Below, in pieces: positions 17,023 through 26,040 of a stretch of 38,118 bases of DNA. The notes under the pieces were generated by a model. That model had not been told where the DNA came from. It saw only the letters and a list, made by a program, of their open reading frames with translations, and ran no database searches. Made by a program: the position numbers and the translations under genes. The stretch's first letter is position 1; the number at the start of each line of letters is the position of its first letter. This stretch comes from Chloroflexota bacterium (lineage in GTDB: Bacteria; Chloroflexota; UBA11872): NCBI GenBank assembly GCA_009839425.1, contig VXPS01000264.1, positions 1-38,118 of the forward strand. The letters are read 5' to 3'.

Positions 17023-17173
17023 GACAGGATCTCTCGCCGTCCGTGAAGCAAGTGCAAGCCTGCGGCAGACCGTGAACCGAACCACGCCAGCGCCGCGCAG
17101 CCGAAGACGGCCGACCGCCCAATCAGCCACGAGGGCTGAACCCCCCGGCCAATCCGCGCAGCGCCCCGCGTCG

Positions 17174-17929
17174 GTGCGCCTGCACGTCTTCCTGGCCCGC
17201 GCGGGCGCCGGCTCGCGCCGCGCGATGGAGTCGGCCATCCTCGCCGGCCGCGTCCAGGTCGACGGCGTAGTCGTGCAAGCGCTCGGCACGCGGATTGATC
17301 CGGCGCGCGACGACGTGCGCCTGGACGGACAACCGATCAGCACGTTGCCCGATTGCCGCCTGGTGGTGGCCGTCCACAAACCGCCCGGGGTCATCACCAC
17401 CGCGCGCGATCCCGAGGGGCGCGCCACCGTCCTGGACCTGCTGCCGCCGGACCTGCGCGAGGTACGCCTCTATCCCGTAGGACGCCTCGACGCACCCTCG
17501 GAAGGGCTGGTGCTGCTAACCAATGACGGCGAACTGGCCGAGCGCCTGATGCACCCGCGCTACGGGCACGAGCGCGAGTACTCGGCGGAGGTGCGGGGCA
17601 ACCCGCCGCGCGACTTGCCCAGGCGATTCGCCGATGGCATATCGATCGGTGACCCGCGTCCGGCCCGCGCGGAAGTGCGCAACCTGCGCCAGCAGCGCGG
17701 CGGCGCCACGCTGCGCCTGGTCCTGCGCGAAGGCCGCTACCGCCAGATCCGACGCATGCTCACCGCCGTTGGGGTCAAGGTCGTGACCCTTCGCCGCCTG
17801 CGCATTGCTACCGTCCGCCTTGGCGCGCTGGCGCCCGGCGCGGTCCGCGTACTCAACGCAGACCAGTGCGCCGAACTGAAAGCCGCGGTCGCTAGTCCCC
17901 CGTCAGCCTCCGCCGCTGATCCGGCGTAA
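17174..17929 (+). CDS. rluB: RsuA/RluB-family rRNA pseudouridine synthase
   Basis: S4 domain (RLHVFLARAGAGSRR), HKPPG, YPVGRLD catalytic Asp, GLVLLTNDGEL, EGRYRQIRRM. Start GTG 17174 preferred over 17072. Confidence 0.88.
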   Translation: MRLHVFLARAGAGSRRAMESAILAGRVQVDGVVVQALGTRIDPARDDVRLDGQPISTLPDCRLVVAVHKPPGVITTARDPEGRATVLDLLPPDLREVRLYPVGRLDAPSEGLVLLTNDGELAERLMHPRYGHEREYSAEVRGNPPRDLPRRFADGISIGDPRPARAEVRNLRQQRGGATLRLVLREGRYRQIRRMLTAVGVKVVTLRRLRIATVRLGALAPGAVRVLNADQCAELKAAVASPPSASAADPA

Positions 17930-18668
17930 GCGACCAGCCCACCGCGCCCACGGCTTCGTCCACCCGCTCCACGCGGTCGGTCTTGGGAATCGCCATCACG
18001 CCGGGCCGGTCGATCACCCAGTTCAACAGCACCTGCGCCGGCGTCTTGCCCACCTCCGCCGCCACCTCGTCCAGCCGCTCCAGCGCTGGATCTCCGAAGT
18101 CCCCCTTAACCAGCGGGCTAAATCCGATTGCGGTGATCCCGTGTTCCTGGCAATACGGCAGGATCGCGTCCTCGATCTGGCGGGCGGCCACGCTGTAGCG
18201 CACCTGGTTGGCCACCAGCGGAACGTCGCCCAGCGCGTCCTGCGACTCCTTCATGTCGTCGACCGAATAATTGCTCACGCCGACAAACCGCACGCGGCCG
18301 TCGCTCACCAGTTGCCGCATGGCGCGCATCGTCTCCGGAATAGGGATGTCGGGATTCGGGTGATGCACCTGGTACAGGTCGATCCGGTCGGTCTCCAGCC
18401 TTTCCAGGCTGGCATCGGCGTGGGACAGCACGTCGTCATAGGCCAGGTTTGCGGGCGAGACCTTGGTGGCGATGAAGTACTCGTCCCGCAGGTCGCCGAT
18501 GTCGCGAGCCACCTGGGCTTCGCTCCCGTAGGCCTCGGCCGTATCCACGAAGGCCGCGCCCAGCTCGTGCGCCCGCCGCAGCACGCCCGCGCCTCCGCGG
18601 TACTGCCAGGCGCCAAATCCGATCTTTGGGATCTGTGTCGTCGTTCGTCCGAGTGGCAGGTATTCCAT
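17892..18668 (-). CDS. Aldo/keto reductase
   Basis: IGFGAW, DTAEAYGSE, IATKV, DLYQVH, GVSNY, NQVRYS, AIPK. Start re-called at ATG 18668. Confidence 0.93.
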   Translation of the reverse strand: MEYLPLGRTTTQIPKIGFGAWQYRGGAGVLRRAHELGAAFVDTAEAYGSEAQVARDIGDLRDEYFIATKVSPANLAYDDVLSHADASLERLETDRIDLYQVHHPNPDIPIPETMRAMRQLVSDGRVRFVGVSNYSVDDMKESQDALGDVPLVANQVRYSVAARQIEDAILPYCQEHGITAIGFSPLVKGDFGDPALERLDEVAAEVGKTPAQVLLNWVIDRPGVMAIPKTDRVERVDEAVGAVGWSLTPDQRRRLTGD

Positions 18669-18783
18669 GGCGCGCTCACGTGCGGGCTGTCCCTTACGAC
18701 TATGGCGGCGACCGCCAGCCCTGTCGAATGCCCGGACCCCGCCTGTGGGAGACTGCCCGCCCACGCCTCCCGCTGGACTGCCC

Positions 18784-19752
18784 ATGCCGCCGCGCGCGCC
18801 GATTGGCGGGGTGCCCCTGTTCGACTCGGCCGAGGGCGTCACGCTTTTGAGTCCGGAAGTCGACGCTCCCGGCTATTGGGTCGGCGCGCCCGCCCTCTGG
18901 TTGGACGAGGACGCGCTCTACCTGAGCGTCCGCTGGCGGCGGCCGTTGGACCAGGGGCGCGGCTGGAAGTCCGAGATCTTCCGGCTACGCGACATCGCCA
19001 CCCTCGAACCCGTCTGGGCCTGCACCGCCGACCAGTTCGACACGGAGTCCCTCGAACGCTCGGCCCTCGTCCGCATCCCCGGCGGCGCCTGGCGCTACTA
19101 CGTCAGCTACCTGGACCCCGCCGACCGCCGCTGGCGCATCGACCTGCTCGAGGCCGACGAGCTCACCGACCTCGACCCCGCCCAACGCATCCCCGTGCTT
19201 GACGCCGCCAACACGTTCTCGGAAGGCGTCAAGGACCCCGTGGTGCTCCTGCTGGACGGCCTGTTCTACCTGTTCGCCGGCTACGGCCCGCGCGACCGCG
19301 TGGCCGACGGCGCAACCCGCGAACAGCTGCACGGCACGGGCAACGTCTTCACCACCGGGCTGGTGGAGCACCCCACCGGACTCTGGGTCTCGGCCGACGG
19401 CCGCCGCTTCGGATTCGAGCGCGACGTTGTAACCCCCGGCAAAGGCTGGGACGCCAACGTCACCCGCGTCAGCACCGTCATGCCCACCGACGCCGGCTTC
19501 CTCATCTACTACGACGGGCGCACCACCGAAGGCGACGTGTACGAAGACCGCACCGGCATGGTCTTTTCCCAGGATCTCAGCACTACCGTGCGCCATTCCG
19601 ACGACGGTCCCCTGCTACAGGGCCACGCCGGCGCCCGCTGCCTGCGCTACCTGGACTACGCCGTGCTGGGCGACTCGCTGTTCTACGTCTACGAAACCTC
19701 CACCGCCAGCGGCGCCCACGAACTCCGCGCCAGCCGGGCGCGGCTCCAGTAG
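18784..19752 (+). CDS. Five-bladed beta-propeller, glycoside-hydrolase-like protein
   Basis: WVGAP, SLERSAL, EGVKDPVV, LRYLD blade motifs; substrate unknown; start ATG 18784 inferred. Confidence 0.6.
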   Translation: MPPRAPIGGVPLFDSAEGVTLLSPEVDAPGYWVGAPALWLDEDALYLSVRWRRPLDQGRGWKSEIFRLRDIATLEPVWACTADQFDTESLERSALVRIPGGAWRYYVSYLDPADRRWRIDLLEADELTDLDPAQRIPVLDAANTFSEGVKDPVVLLLDGLFYLFAGYGPRDRVADGATREQLHGTGNVFTTGLVEHPTGLWVSADGRRFGFERDVVTPGKGWDANVTRVSTVMPTDAGFLIYYDGRTTEGDVYEDRTGMVFSQDLSTTVRHSDDGPLLQGHAGARCLRYLDYAVLGDSLFYVYETSTASGAHELRASRARLQ

Positions 19753-19897
19753 ACGACATCGAGTGATCCCGGCCCGGCCACGGATCGGGCTGGCCCACGT
19801 AAACTAGCCGCGCTTTGTGCCGGCCGCGGACGGCGTCCCGGCCCTCACGAATAGCTAAAGAAGACGTGCTACAGGTGAATCGGACCGGGCGGGCCTG

Positions 19898-20620
19898 ATG
19901 GACATCGGCCAAATCGTCCAGGACATCGTCAAGGACCCGGCCGCGCTCGGCCAGATCATCCTCTTCGACCTCATCCTCAGCGGCGACAACGCCGTGGTCA
20001 TTGGGGTCGTCGCCAGCCGTTTGCAGGGACGCCAGCGGCGCTGGGCCATCATCATCGGGGCCGGCGGTGCCGTGGTCCTGCGCATCGCGCTGGCTTCCAT
20101 CGCCACCCTCCTCCTGCAGGCGCCCGCCATTTCCATGATCGGGGGCCTGGCCCTGTTCTGGGTCGCCTGGCGGCTGCTCAAGCCCGAGGGTGACGAAGAG
20201 CACGACGCCGCGACGTCGTTCCCCGAGGCCATCCGCCTGATCATCCTGGCCGACGTGGTCATGAGCCTGGACAACGTCCTCACCGTCGCCGGCACCGCCC
20301 ACGGCAACATTCCGCTGCTGGTCTTCGGCCTGGCGCTCTCAATCCCGCTGCTGTTCGTGGGCGCCGGCCTGATTGCCCTGGCCACTGACAAGGCGCCGAT
20401 CATCATCTACATCGGCAGCGCCCTAATCTTCCGTATCGCCGTTGTCCTGATCGTGGACGACAAGCTGGTGCACGACTTCCTGACGCCAAGCCTCTGGTTC
20501 GAGCACGTGATTCCCTGGCTGGTGGCGTTCGGCGGTCCCGCCCTCTACGTCGCGCTGGCCAAGCGAGGCGGCCGTGCCATCGTTCCGTTCTGGTCCAACC
20601 CATTCGCTAAGGAGACCTGA
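19898..20620 (+). CDS. TerC family (YjbE-like) membrane protein
   Basis: DLILSGDNAVVI and ADVVMSLDNVL motifs. Confidence 0.92.
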   Translation: MDIGQIVQDIVKDPAALGQIILFDLILSGDNAVVIGVVASRLQGRQRRWAIIIGAGGAVVLRIALASIATLLLQAPAISMIGGLALFWVAWRLLKPEGDEEHDAATSFPEAIRLIILADVVMSLDNVLTVAGTAHGNIPLLVFGLALSIPLLFVGAGLIALATDKAPIIIYIGSALIFRIAVVLIVDDKLVHDFLTPSLWFEHVIPWLVAFGGPALYVALAKRGGRAIVPFWSNPFAKET

Positions 20621-20713
20621 GCAAGGCGCTCGGCGCTCTCGGCGCGGACTCCCCGGTCACGGCTTGCCTTGGACGTGCGACGATGTCGCGCCCACCGCGC
20701 ATCCGAGATCACC

Positions 20714-21091
20714 ATGTACAAGCTCCTGCACACCCGCATCCGCGTCAGCGACCTGGAACAGTCGATCCGCTTCTACGAAGACCACCTCGGCTTCAAGCTC
20801 ATCAGCCGCTCCGACCGCTCGCCCGCCGGCAACCAGATCGTCCACCTGGAACTGCCCGGCAACGACCACACCATCGAGCTCACCTGGTCCGCGGACTACG
20901 AGCTCAACGTCCCCGAAGACCTCATGCACTTCGCCATCGGCGTGCCCGACCTCATCGCCTTCTGCGACGAGCTGGAAGGCAAGGGCCTGGAAATCTGGCC
21001 GGACGACTGGCGCGAGACCTTCCCCACCGGCCGCAAAATGGCCTTCGTCGACGACCCCGACGGCTACGAAATCGAGCTACTGGAGCGCTAG
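20714..21091 (+). CDS. VOC/glyoxalase I (lactoylglutathione lyase-like)
   Basis: LHTRIRVSDLEQSIRFY, IELT, HFAIGV, FVDDPDGYEIELLE. Confidence 0.9.
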   Translation: MYKLLHTRIRVSDLEQSIRFYEDHLGFKLISRSDRSPAGNQIVHLELPGNDHTIELTWSADYELNVPEDLMHFAIGVPDLIAFCDELEGKGLEIWPDDWRETFPTGRKMAFVDDPDGYEIELLER

Positions 21092-21142
21092 CGCTTCAGG
21101 CGGGCCGCCGGACGCCTCATTCCGGTCGCGCGCCGGCGCGAA

Positions 21143-21535
21143 CTACTCGAAGACGTCGAACCCCTCCGCCTGGAAGTCGGCGTCATAGGCCAGCGCGGCA
21201 CTGCATCGGTATTTCCGCATCACCACAAAGCTCATTCAGTCCACCAGGCTCAGGCCTCGCCGGTTGTGCTGCTCGAACAGCGCCGCGGCTTCGGCGTGGT
21301 CGTCCGGCGTGACCCAGTGAACCGTGAAGTTCTGCGCGTCGGATAGAAACGCCCGGGCGCTGGGCATGCCCAGGCGCCGCTGCAGGAGTGCGACGGTCTC
21401 GATCAGTACGTAGTTGTGCGTCAGCAGCGGCTGGCCGCTGGCCACCACGCGCTGCATGGCACGTACGGCGCGGTTGTGATGCAGGTCGCTGACGTCCGCC
21501 AGCGCCAGCGCGGCCGACGTGTCAAAGAAGATCAG
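21143..21535 (-). pseudogene. vapC: VapC PIN-domain toxin interrupted by an in-frame TGA at codon 100
   Basis: LIFFDTSA...THNYVLIET...SLVD*MSFVVM...AYDADF..EGF; TGA at 21236-21238; CTG start overlaps the antitoxin stop. Confidence 0.85.
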
Positions 21536-21780
21536 CCGCCGAAGTCCTCGGCCAGCGCGTCGTCATGACGCTCCGACAGCGGCTGCGGACCGCCGGGCTG
21601 CGACCGGCCGGAGCCGATGAAGGAAAAGCTCTCCAGCGAGTCCGGCCGCCTGGTGGGCGTGGCCACGTACTGCGCCACCGCCTCGCGCACCACCGCCGAC
21701 ATGGACTTGCCCTCCGCAAAGGCGCGCTGCTTGGCCAGTTCGTACAGCGGCTCGTCCAACTGGATCTGCGTGCGCCGCAT
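21532..21780 (-). CDS. CopG/RHH-type antitoxin (VapB-like)
   Basis: MRRTQIQL...KSMSAVVREAV, C-terminal LSERHDD typical of PIN partners; coupled to vapC. Confidence 0.85.
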   Translation of the reverse strand: MRRTQIQLDEPLYELAKQRAFAEGKSMSAVVREAVAQYVATPTRRPDSLESFSFIGSGRSQPGGPQPLSERHDDALAEDFGG

Positions 21781-21803
21781 GCCTTCGGCTCCGTATGGTG
21801 AAT

Positions 21804-21838
21804 CATGTAAGCATGACACCATGATGTCATGCCGTCAA
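21804..21838 (-). promoter_or_regulatory. vapBC promoter/operator
   Basis: TTGACG-17 nt-CATGCT on the minus strand; palindrome GCATGACA-N6-TGTCATGC (21811-21832); CATG every 8 bp. Confidence 0.65.
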
Positions 21839-21871
21839 TAGGCGCCGCCCGGTAGGGCCGTCGGTCACGGC

Positions 21872-22972
21872 TCAGCCCCCCGGGATGTACAAACTCCGAT
21901 CCGCCACCGGCACCTCCACCCGCGCGCCGCCCGCCAGATGCGAGTGGGCGACGGCGAATTGCACCTCCACCGACTGCATCGTCACGTCAATGTTCCCGCG
22001 CGTCGGCTCGCCGGTTTCCAGCGAGTTGATCAGGTCGCGGATGGTATTGACGGTGGGCGTCTCACCCTGCGCGTAGAGCTTGCGCGTGGTGACGTCGTCG
22101 GGGTTGGAGCCGGTGCTGCGGCGGAGTTCGAACATCAGGCCGTTATCCAGCGAATAGGCCGTGCCTTCGCTGCCCAGCACGTGCACGTCCAGGAACCCGC
22201 GGTGCGGGATGAAGTAGCCCACGGCCCCATTGGCGTAGCCGACCTGGAAGTGACCGACATACGGGTCCGCGACCTCCCAGCCCGGTGAGGGCAGGTAGCG
22301 ATGGTTCTCCGCGTCGAATTCCGGGTGCGCGCGCCGCGGCTCCGGGTCGAACGGGTCGCCGGCCTCGATCAGGCGGCCGCTCACCCACTGCGGTTGCGGG
22401 TCGCCCAGCAGCATCGAGACCAGGTCCAGCGTGTGCGGGTGGTGCTTGATCAGGTCGGTATAGGTGAGCATCAGCACGGCCTCGGGTTCGCCGATCTCGC
22501 CGGCCGCGATGGCGTCGGCCATGAGCCGAAAGCCCACGTTGTGGCGGCGCATCGCGCCCCAGTTGAACGCGACGCCGTTGCGCGTCATGGCGTCCCGGAT
22601 CCGGTCCGCCTCCGCCAGCGAGGCGCACAGCCCCTTCTCGCTGTAGATGGCCCGCACGCCGTGCTCGGCGCAATAGATCAGCGGCTCGGCCCGCGCGAAC
22701 GAGGGCGTGGTCACGCTGACGATATCCGGCTGTTCCTTGTCGATCATCTCGCGGTAGTCGAGGTACGTGTTGGTGACTCCGAACCGCTCGCTGAAGCGCT
22801 GCAGGCGCTCCGCGCCGCGGTTGGCCACGGCCACCACTTCTGTTTCCTCGATGTACTCGTAGGCCGAGAAATGGCCGTACGGGAGGTTCGGGTCCCCGAG
22901 CGGAATCTCGTCCTCGATCAACCCGCCCATGCGGCCCGTTCCAATAATCGCGACCCGGTACCTGGCTGCCAT
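21872..22972 (-). CDS. Gfo/Idh/MocA family oxidoreductase
   Basis: VAIIGTGRMG, YLDYREMI, DIVSVTTP, SEKG. Start ATG 22972 after GGAGG. Confidence 0.88.
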   Translation of the reverse strand: MAARYRVAIIGTGRMGGLIEDEIPLGDPNLPYGHFSAYEYIEETEVVAVANRGAERLQRFSERFGVTNTYLDYREMIDKEQPDIVSVTTPSFARAEPLIYCAEHGVRAIYSEKGLCASLAEADRIRDAMTRNGVAFNWGAMRRHNVGFRLMADAIAAGEIGEPEAVLMLTYTDLIKHHPHTLDLVSMLLGDPQPQWVSGRLIEAGDPFDPEPRRAHPEFDAENHRYLPSPGWEVADPYVGHFQVGYANGAVGYFIPHRGFLDVHVLGSEGTAYSLDNGLMFELRRSTGSNPDDVTTRKLYAQGETPTVNTIRDLINSLETGEPTRGNIDVTMQSVEVQFAVAHSHLAGGARVEVPVADRSLYIPGG

Positions 22973-23081
22973 CAACCCACCTCCCTGCCCCACCGCCGCG
23001 CCATGCTCACCCAGCCGCCCCGCGGCGGCAACCCGCTGGGGAGGCGGCTTGCCAAGCGCGGGGGGGGGTGAGCCCTGGGAA

Positions 23082-23097
23082 TGTTTAACGTGAAACA
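23082..23097. promoter_or_regulatory. parS: Second parS site (1 mismatch)
   Basis: TGTTTAACGTGAAACA inside the 26-bp near-palindrome GGGAATGTTTAACGTGAAACATTCCC (23077-23102), intergenic. Confidence 0.85.
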
Positions 23098-23181
23098 TTC
23101 CCCCACGACCGCCTCCCTTCGTCACTAGTCGCTATCCATTGGGCACAATCGCGGCGACATCGACGCCGTGGACGCAAATTC

Positions 23182-24054
23182 ATGACCAAATCGACCATCC
23201 TTCGCCAGCGGCTGGCCGGCGACGAGATCATCGTGCTGCCGGGCGCCTACGACGCCTTGTCCGCCAAGCTGATTGAGCAGGCCGGCTTCACGCAGTTCTT
23301 CACCACCGGCTTCGGCCTGGCCGCCAGCACCCTGGGCGAGCCGGACATTGGTCTGCTGACCCAGACCGAGACGCTTGACCGCGCCCGCCGCATCGCCCAC
23401 ACCGTGGACATCCCGCTGGTGGCCGACATGGACACCGGCTACGGCAACCCCATCAACGTCATCCGCACCGTGCGCGAGTGCGTGCAGGCCGGCATCGCCG
23501 GGATCATCCTGGAAGACCAGGAGTGGCCCAAGCGCTGCGGCCACCTGGAAGGCAAGCGCGTGGTGCCCCTTGAGGACCACGTACAGAAGCTGCGCGCGGC
23601 GGTCCACGCCCGCGGCGACGACGACCTGGTCATCATCGCCCGCACCGACGCCCGCGCCGTCAACGGGCTGGACGACGCCATCGCCCGCGGCCACGCCAAT
23701 GTCGAGGCCGGCGCCGACGTGGTCTTCATCGAAGCCCCGCGCTCGCTGGACGAACTGCGCGCCGTCCGCGCGGCCTTCGATCCCGGGGTGCCCCTGTTCG
23801 CCAACATGATCGAGGACGGCGTTACGCCCTTCCTCTCGGCGTCCGAGCTTCAGGACCTGGGCTACATGATGGTGGTCTACCCGCTCTCCGGCCTCTTCGC
23901 GGCCACAGCCGCCTTGCAACGCACCTACGCGGCGCTTGTTGCCGAAGGCACCACGGCCTCCGCCGGACCAATGGCCGGTCTGGAAGAGTTCAAGGACATC
24001 ATCGGCGTGCCCGCCTACGGCGAGTTGGAGCGCGAGTTCGTCAGCTCTGACTAG
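23182..24054 (+). CDS. Isocitrate lyase/PEP mutase family enzyme (PrpB-like)
   Basis: GAYDALSA, ADMDTGYG, LEDQEWPKRCGH, IIARTDA, ANMIE. Confidence 0.92.
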   Translation: MTKSTILRQRLAGDEIIVLPGAYDALSAKLIEQAGFTQFFTTGFGLAASTLGEPDIGLLTQTETLDRARRIAHTVDIPLVADMDTGYGNPINVIRTVRECVQAGIAGIILEDQEWPKRCGHLEGKRVVPLEDHVQKLRAAVHARGDDDLVIIARTDARAVNGLDDAIARGHANVEAGADVVFIEAPRSLDELRAVRAAFDPGVPLFANMIEDGVTPFLSASELQDLGYMMVVYPLSGLFAATAALQRTYAALVAEGTTASAGPMAGLEEFKDIIGVPAYGELEREFVSSD

Positions 24055-24288
24055 GACGTGGCGAAACTTTCTCGTCACCTGGTTGGTTCGACATCTCACC
24101 AACCGGCGGCGCGGGGCGATCTAGCGTTGAAGGAGAAGAAAGCGCCGATCGGCAGCGAATCGCCACCGGTTGGCGATGGTCGCACGACAGGCGTATCGAA
24201 TACTGGGCCGCCAGGCTTGGCTTTGTCGGCCCGCGCAGGCAGCGCAACCAACAGCACCCCCGGCTGGGGCGGAACGGAAGGGAATGCT

Positions 24289-26007
24289 GTGACAGATATT
24301 GGTACGGCGCTAAAGCGGGCGGCTGCCTTCGGCGTCCTGGCGCTGACCGTCAGCGTGGGCCTGGCGTGCGGTGAGCCCGAGTCCGCGTCGGCCGCAACCC
24401 CTGCGGTTGCCGCTGAGACGACCAACGCGCCGCCACCGACGCAGGCGCCGACACCAGCGGCAACTCCGACCCTACGCCCGACGCCCACGCCAACCGCTAC
24501 AGCTCCGAGCACTCCAACGCCAACCGCCACGCCGCCCCCCGAGCCCACGCCGACCCCGACACCAACGCCGGAGCCTGCTCTAGCCGACGTCGGGATCAAC
24601 TGGGAGCCCTGTAGACCCAATAGCGCCTTTGAGTGCGCATTCCTGAAAGTTCCGGCGGACTACCGCGACCCGGACGCCGGCAGCCTGCGCATTGCCCTCA
24701 ACCTGCATCGGGCCAGACTTCCCGACCAACGGGTCGGCTACCTGCTCGTCAACCCCGGAGGACCCGGTGGCAGCGGCCTGGAACTGGTCGAGTCCATCAG
24801 GTCCGGCTTCTCGGCCTTCGCGCCTGAGCTGGTCGAACGCTTCGACATCGTCGGCTTCGACCCCCGCGGCGTTAAGGCGTCAGAGCCCAAGTTCGAGTGT
24901 GGCGAGCCAGGCGAGCAGCTTGATCTACGCCGCTCAATCGACCGGCCCGTCGACACGCCCGAAGAAATCGCGGCCGGCGAAGCCGCCGCCGGGCTTTGCA
25001 TCGAGTCCATGGGGCCGGTCGGCGGCCTGCTGCACACCGCCTATGTCGCCCGGGACATGGATGAGATTCGCAAGGCCCTGGGAGTCGAGCAGGTCTCCTA
25101 CCTGGGCTTCTCCTATGGGTCCGCGGTGGGCGTCTGGTACGCCACGCTCTTCCCCGACTCGGTCCGCGCCATGGTCATCGACGCGGCGGACAACCCGGTC
25201 GATGCGGCCGCCGACCAGGCGGAGCGCGTGGCCGACGCCCTGGAGGAAACGGCGCCTATCGCCATTCTTCTCGAGCGGGCGCTGACTGCCTGCGACAGCC
25301 CCGAGTGCCCGATCTACAACGACGGCGACCCGCTCGGCTACTTCCGGCAGGCCGCCCAAAAGCTGCACCTGGTCAACGAGGGGGCCAGCAACCATCCCGA
25401 TGCGGCCGCCTACGGGGTCATTACGCCCCTGTACGCCGAATTCCTCTGGCCGGTCCTCTGGGAGGCCCTGTACCGGCTCAACGAGTACGACGATCCGTCG
25501 ATTCTGCTTGAGGTCGGCGATTTTCAATGGGAGGACGACGGCCCCCGCGTGGCGCGAATGCCGGAGCATGTGAACTGCCTGGACGACTGGGTGCTGCATC
25601 CCGAGCAGAGCCGTGAAACTCGGCTGGCCGATGGGGAGGTCTATCAGGCCGCCCAGGACGAGGAGTTTCCCCTGCTGGCGCTGCTGGGCCCCCCGCTATT
25701 CTCCGCCTGCGCGTTCTACGACCAATTTGCACCCGAGCCTCTCGAAGGGCGACTGGACGGCGGCGGCGTGCCCATCCTGGTTATCGGCAATCACGGCGAC
25801 CCGTTCACCCCGTTCATCGAGTCGGAGGAGTTGATGACGGAGCAGCTCACGAACGGGTACCTGGTGGAGGTCGACCACGGCGCCCACGGCGTCTATCCCA
25901 ACAACTCCTGCGTGAACCAGCACGTGCATCGCGCGCTGCTCGACGGCGAGTACCCCAGCGAGCAGCGGGTCACCTGCGAACGCGAGGAAGTCCGGCTCCC
26001 GTTCTAG
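24289..26007 (+). CDS. Lipoprotein alpha/beta hydrolase (tripeptidyl-aminopeptidase/TAP-like)
   Basis: Lipobox LAC, P/T linker, NPGGPGGSG, FDPRGV, GFSYGS, DPFTP, HG. Start GTG 24289 inferred. Confidence 0.88.
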   Translation: MTDIGTALKRAAAFGVLALTVSVGLACGEPESASAATPAVAAETTNAPPPTQAPTPAATPTLRPTPTPTATAPSTPTPTATPPPEPTPTPTPTPEPALADVGINWEPCRPNSAFECAFLKVPADYRDPDAGSLRIALNLHRARLPDQRVGYLLVNPGGPGGSGLELVESIRSGFSAFAPELVERFDIVGFDPRGVKASEPKFECGEPGEQLDLRRSIDRPVDTPEEIAAGEAAAGLCIESMGPVGGLLHTAYVARDMDEIRKALGVEQVSYLGFSYGSAVGVWYATLFPDSVRAMVIDAADNPVDAAADQAERVADALEETAPIAILLERALTACDSPECPIYNDGDPLGYFRQAAQKLHLVNEGASNHPDAAAYGVITPLYAEFLWPVLWEALYRLNEYDDPSILLEVGDFQWEDDGPRVARMPEHVNCLDDWVLHPEQSRETRLADGEVYQAAQDEEFPLLALLGPPLFSACAFYDQFAPEPLEGRLDGGGVPILVIGNHGDPFTPFIESEELMTEQLTNGYLVEVDHGAHGVYPNNSCVNQHVHRALLDGEYPSEQRVTCEREEVRLPF

Positions 26008-26040
26008 CCTCCGACCCGGCTGGCCAGCGGCGTCAGAGCG

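Noticed and set aside
19753-19897. Expected yybP-ykoY manganese riboswitch upstream of terC
   Set aside because: Its conserved motifs could not be found by eye; an Rfam scan would settle it.
22973-23125. MFHVKH peptide in the N-terminal extension of the Gfo ORF, matching the rhomboid N-terminus
   Set aside because: It is just the translation of parS; the real start is 22972, which has an SD.
24420-24575. Short tandem-like repeats (also about 1200-1280 and 10340-10530)
   Set aside because: These are Pro/Thr linker codons, not CRISPR or VNTR arrays; there is no constant repeat-spacer structure.
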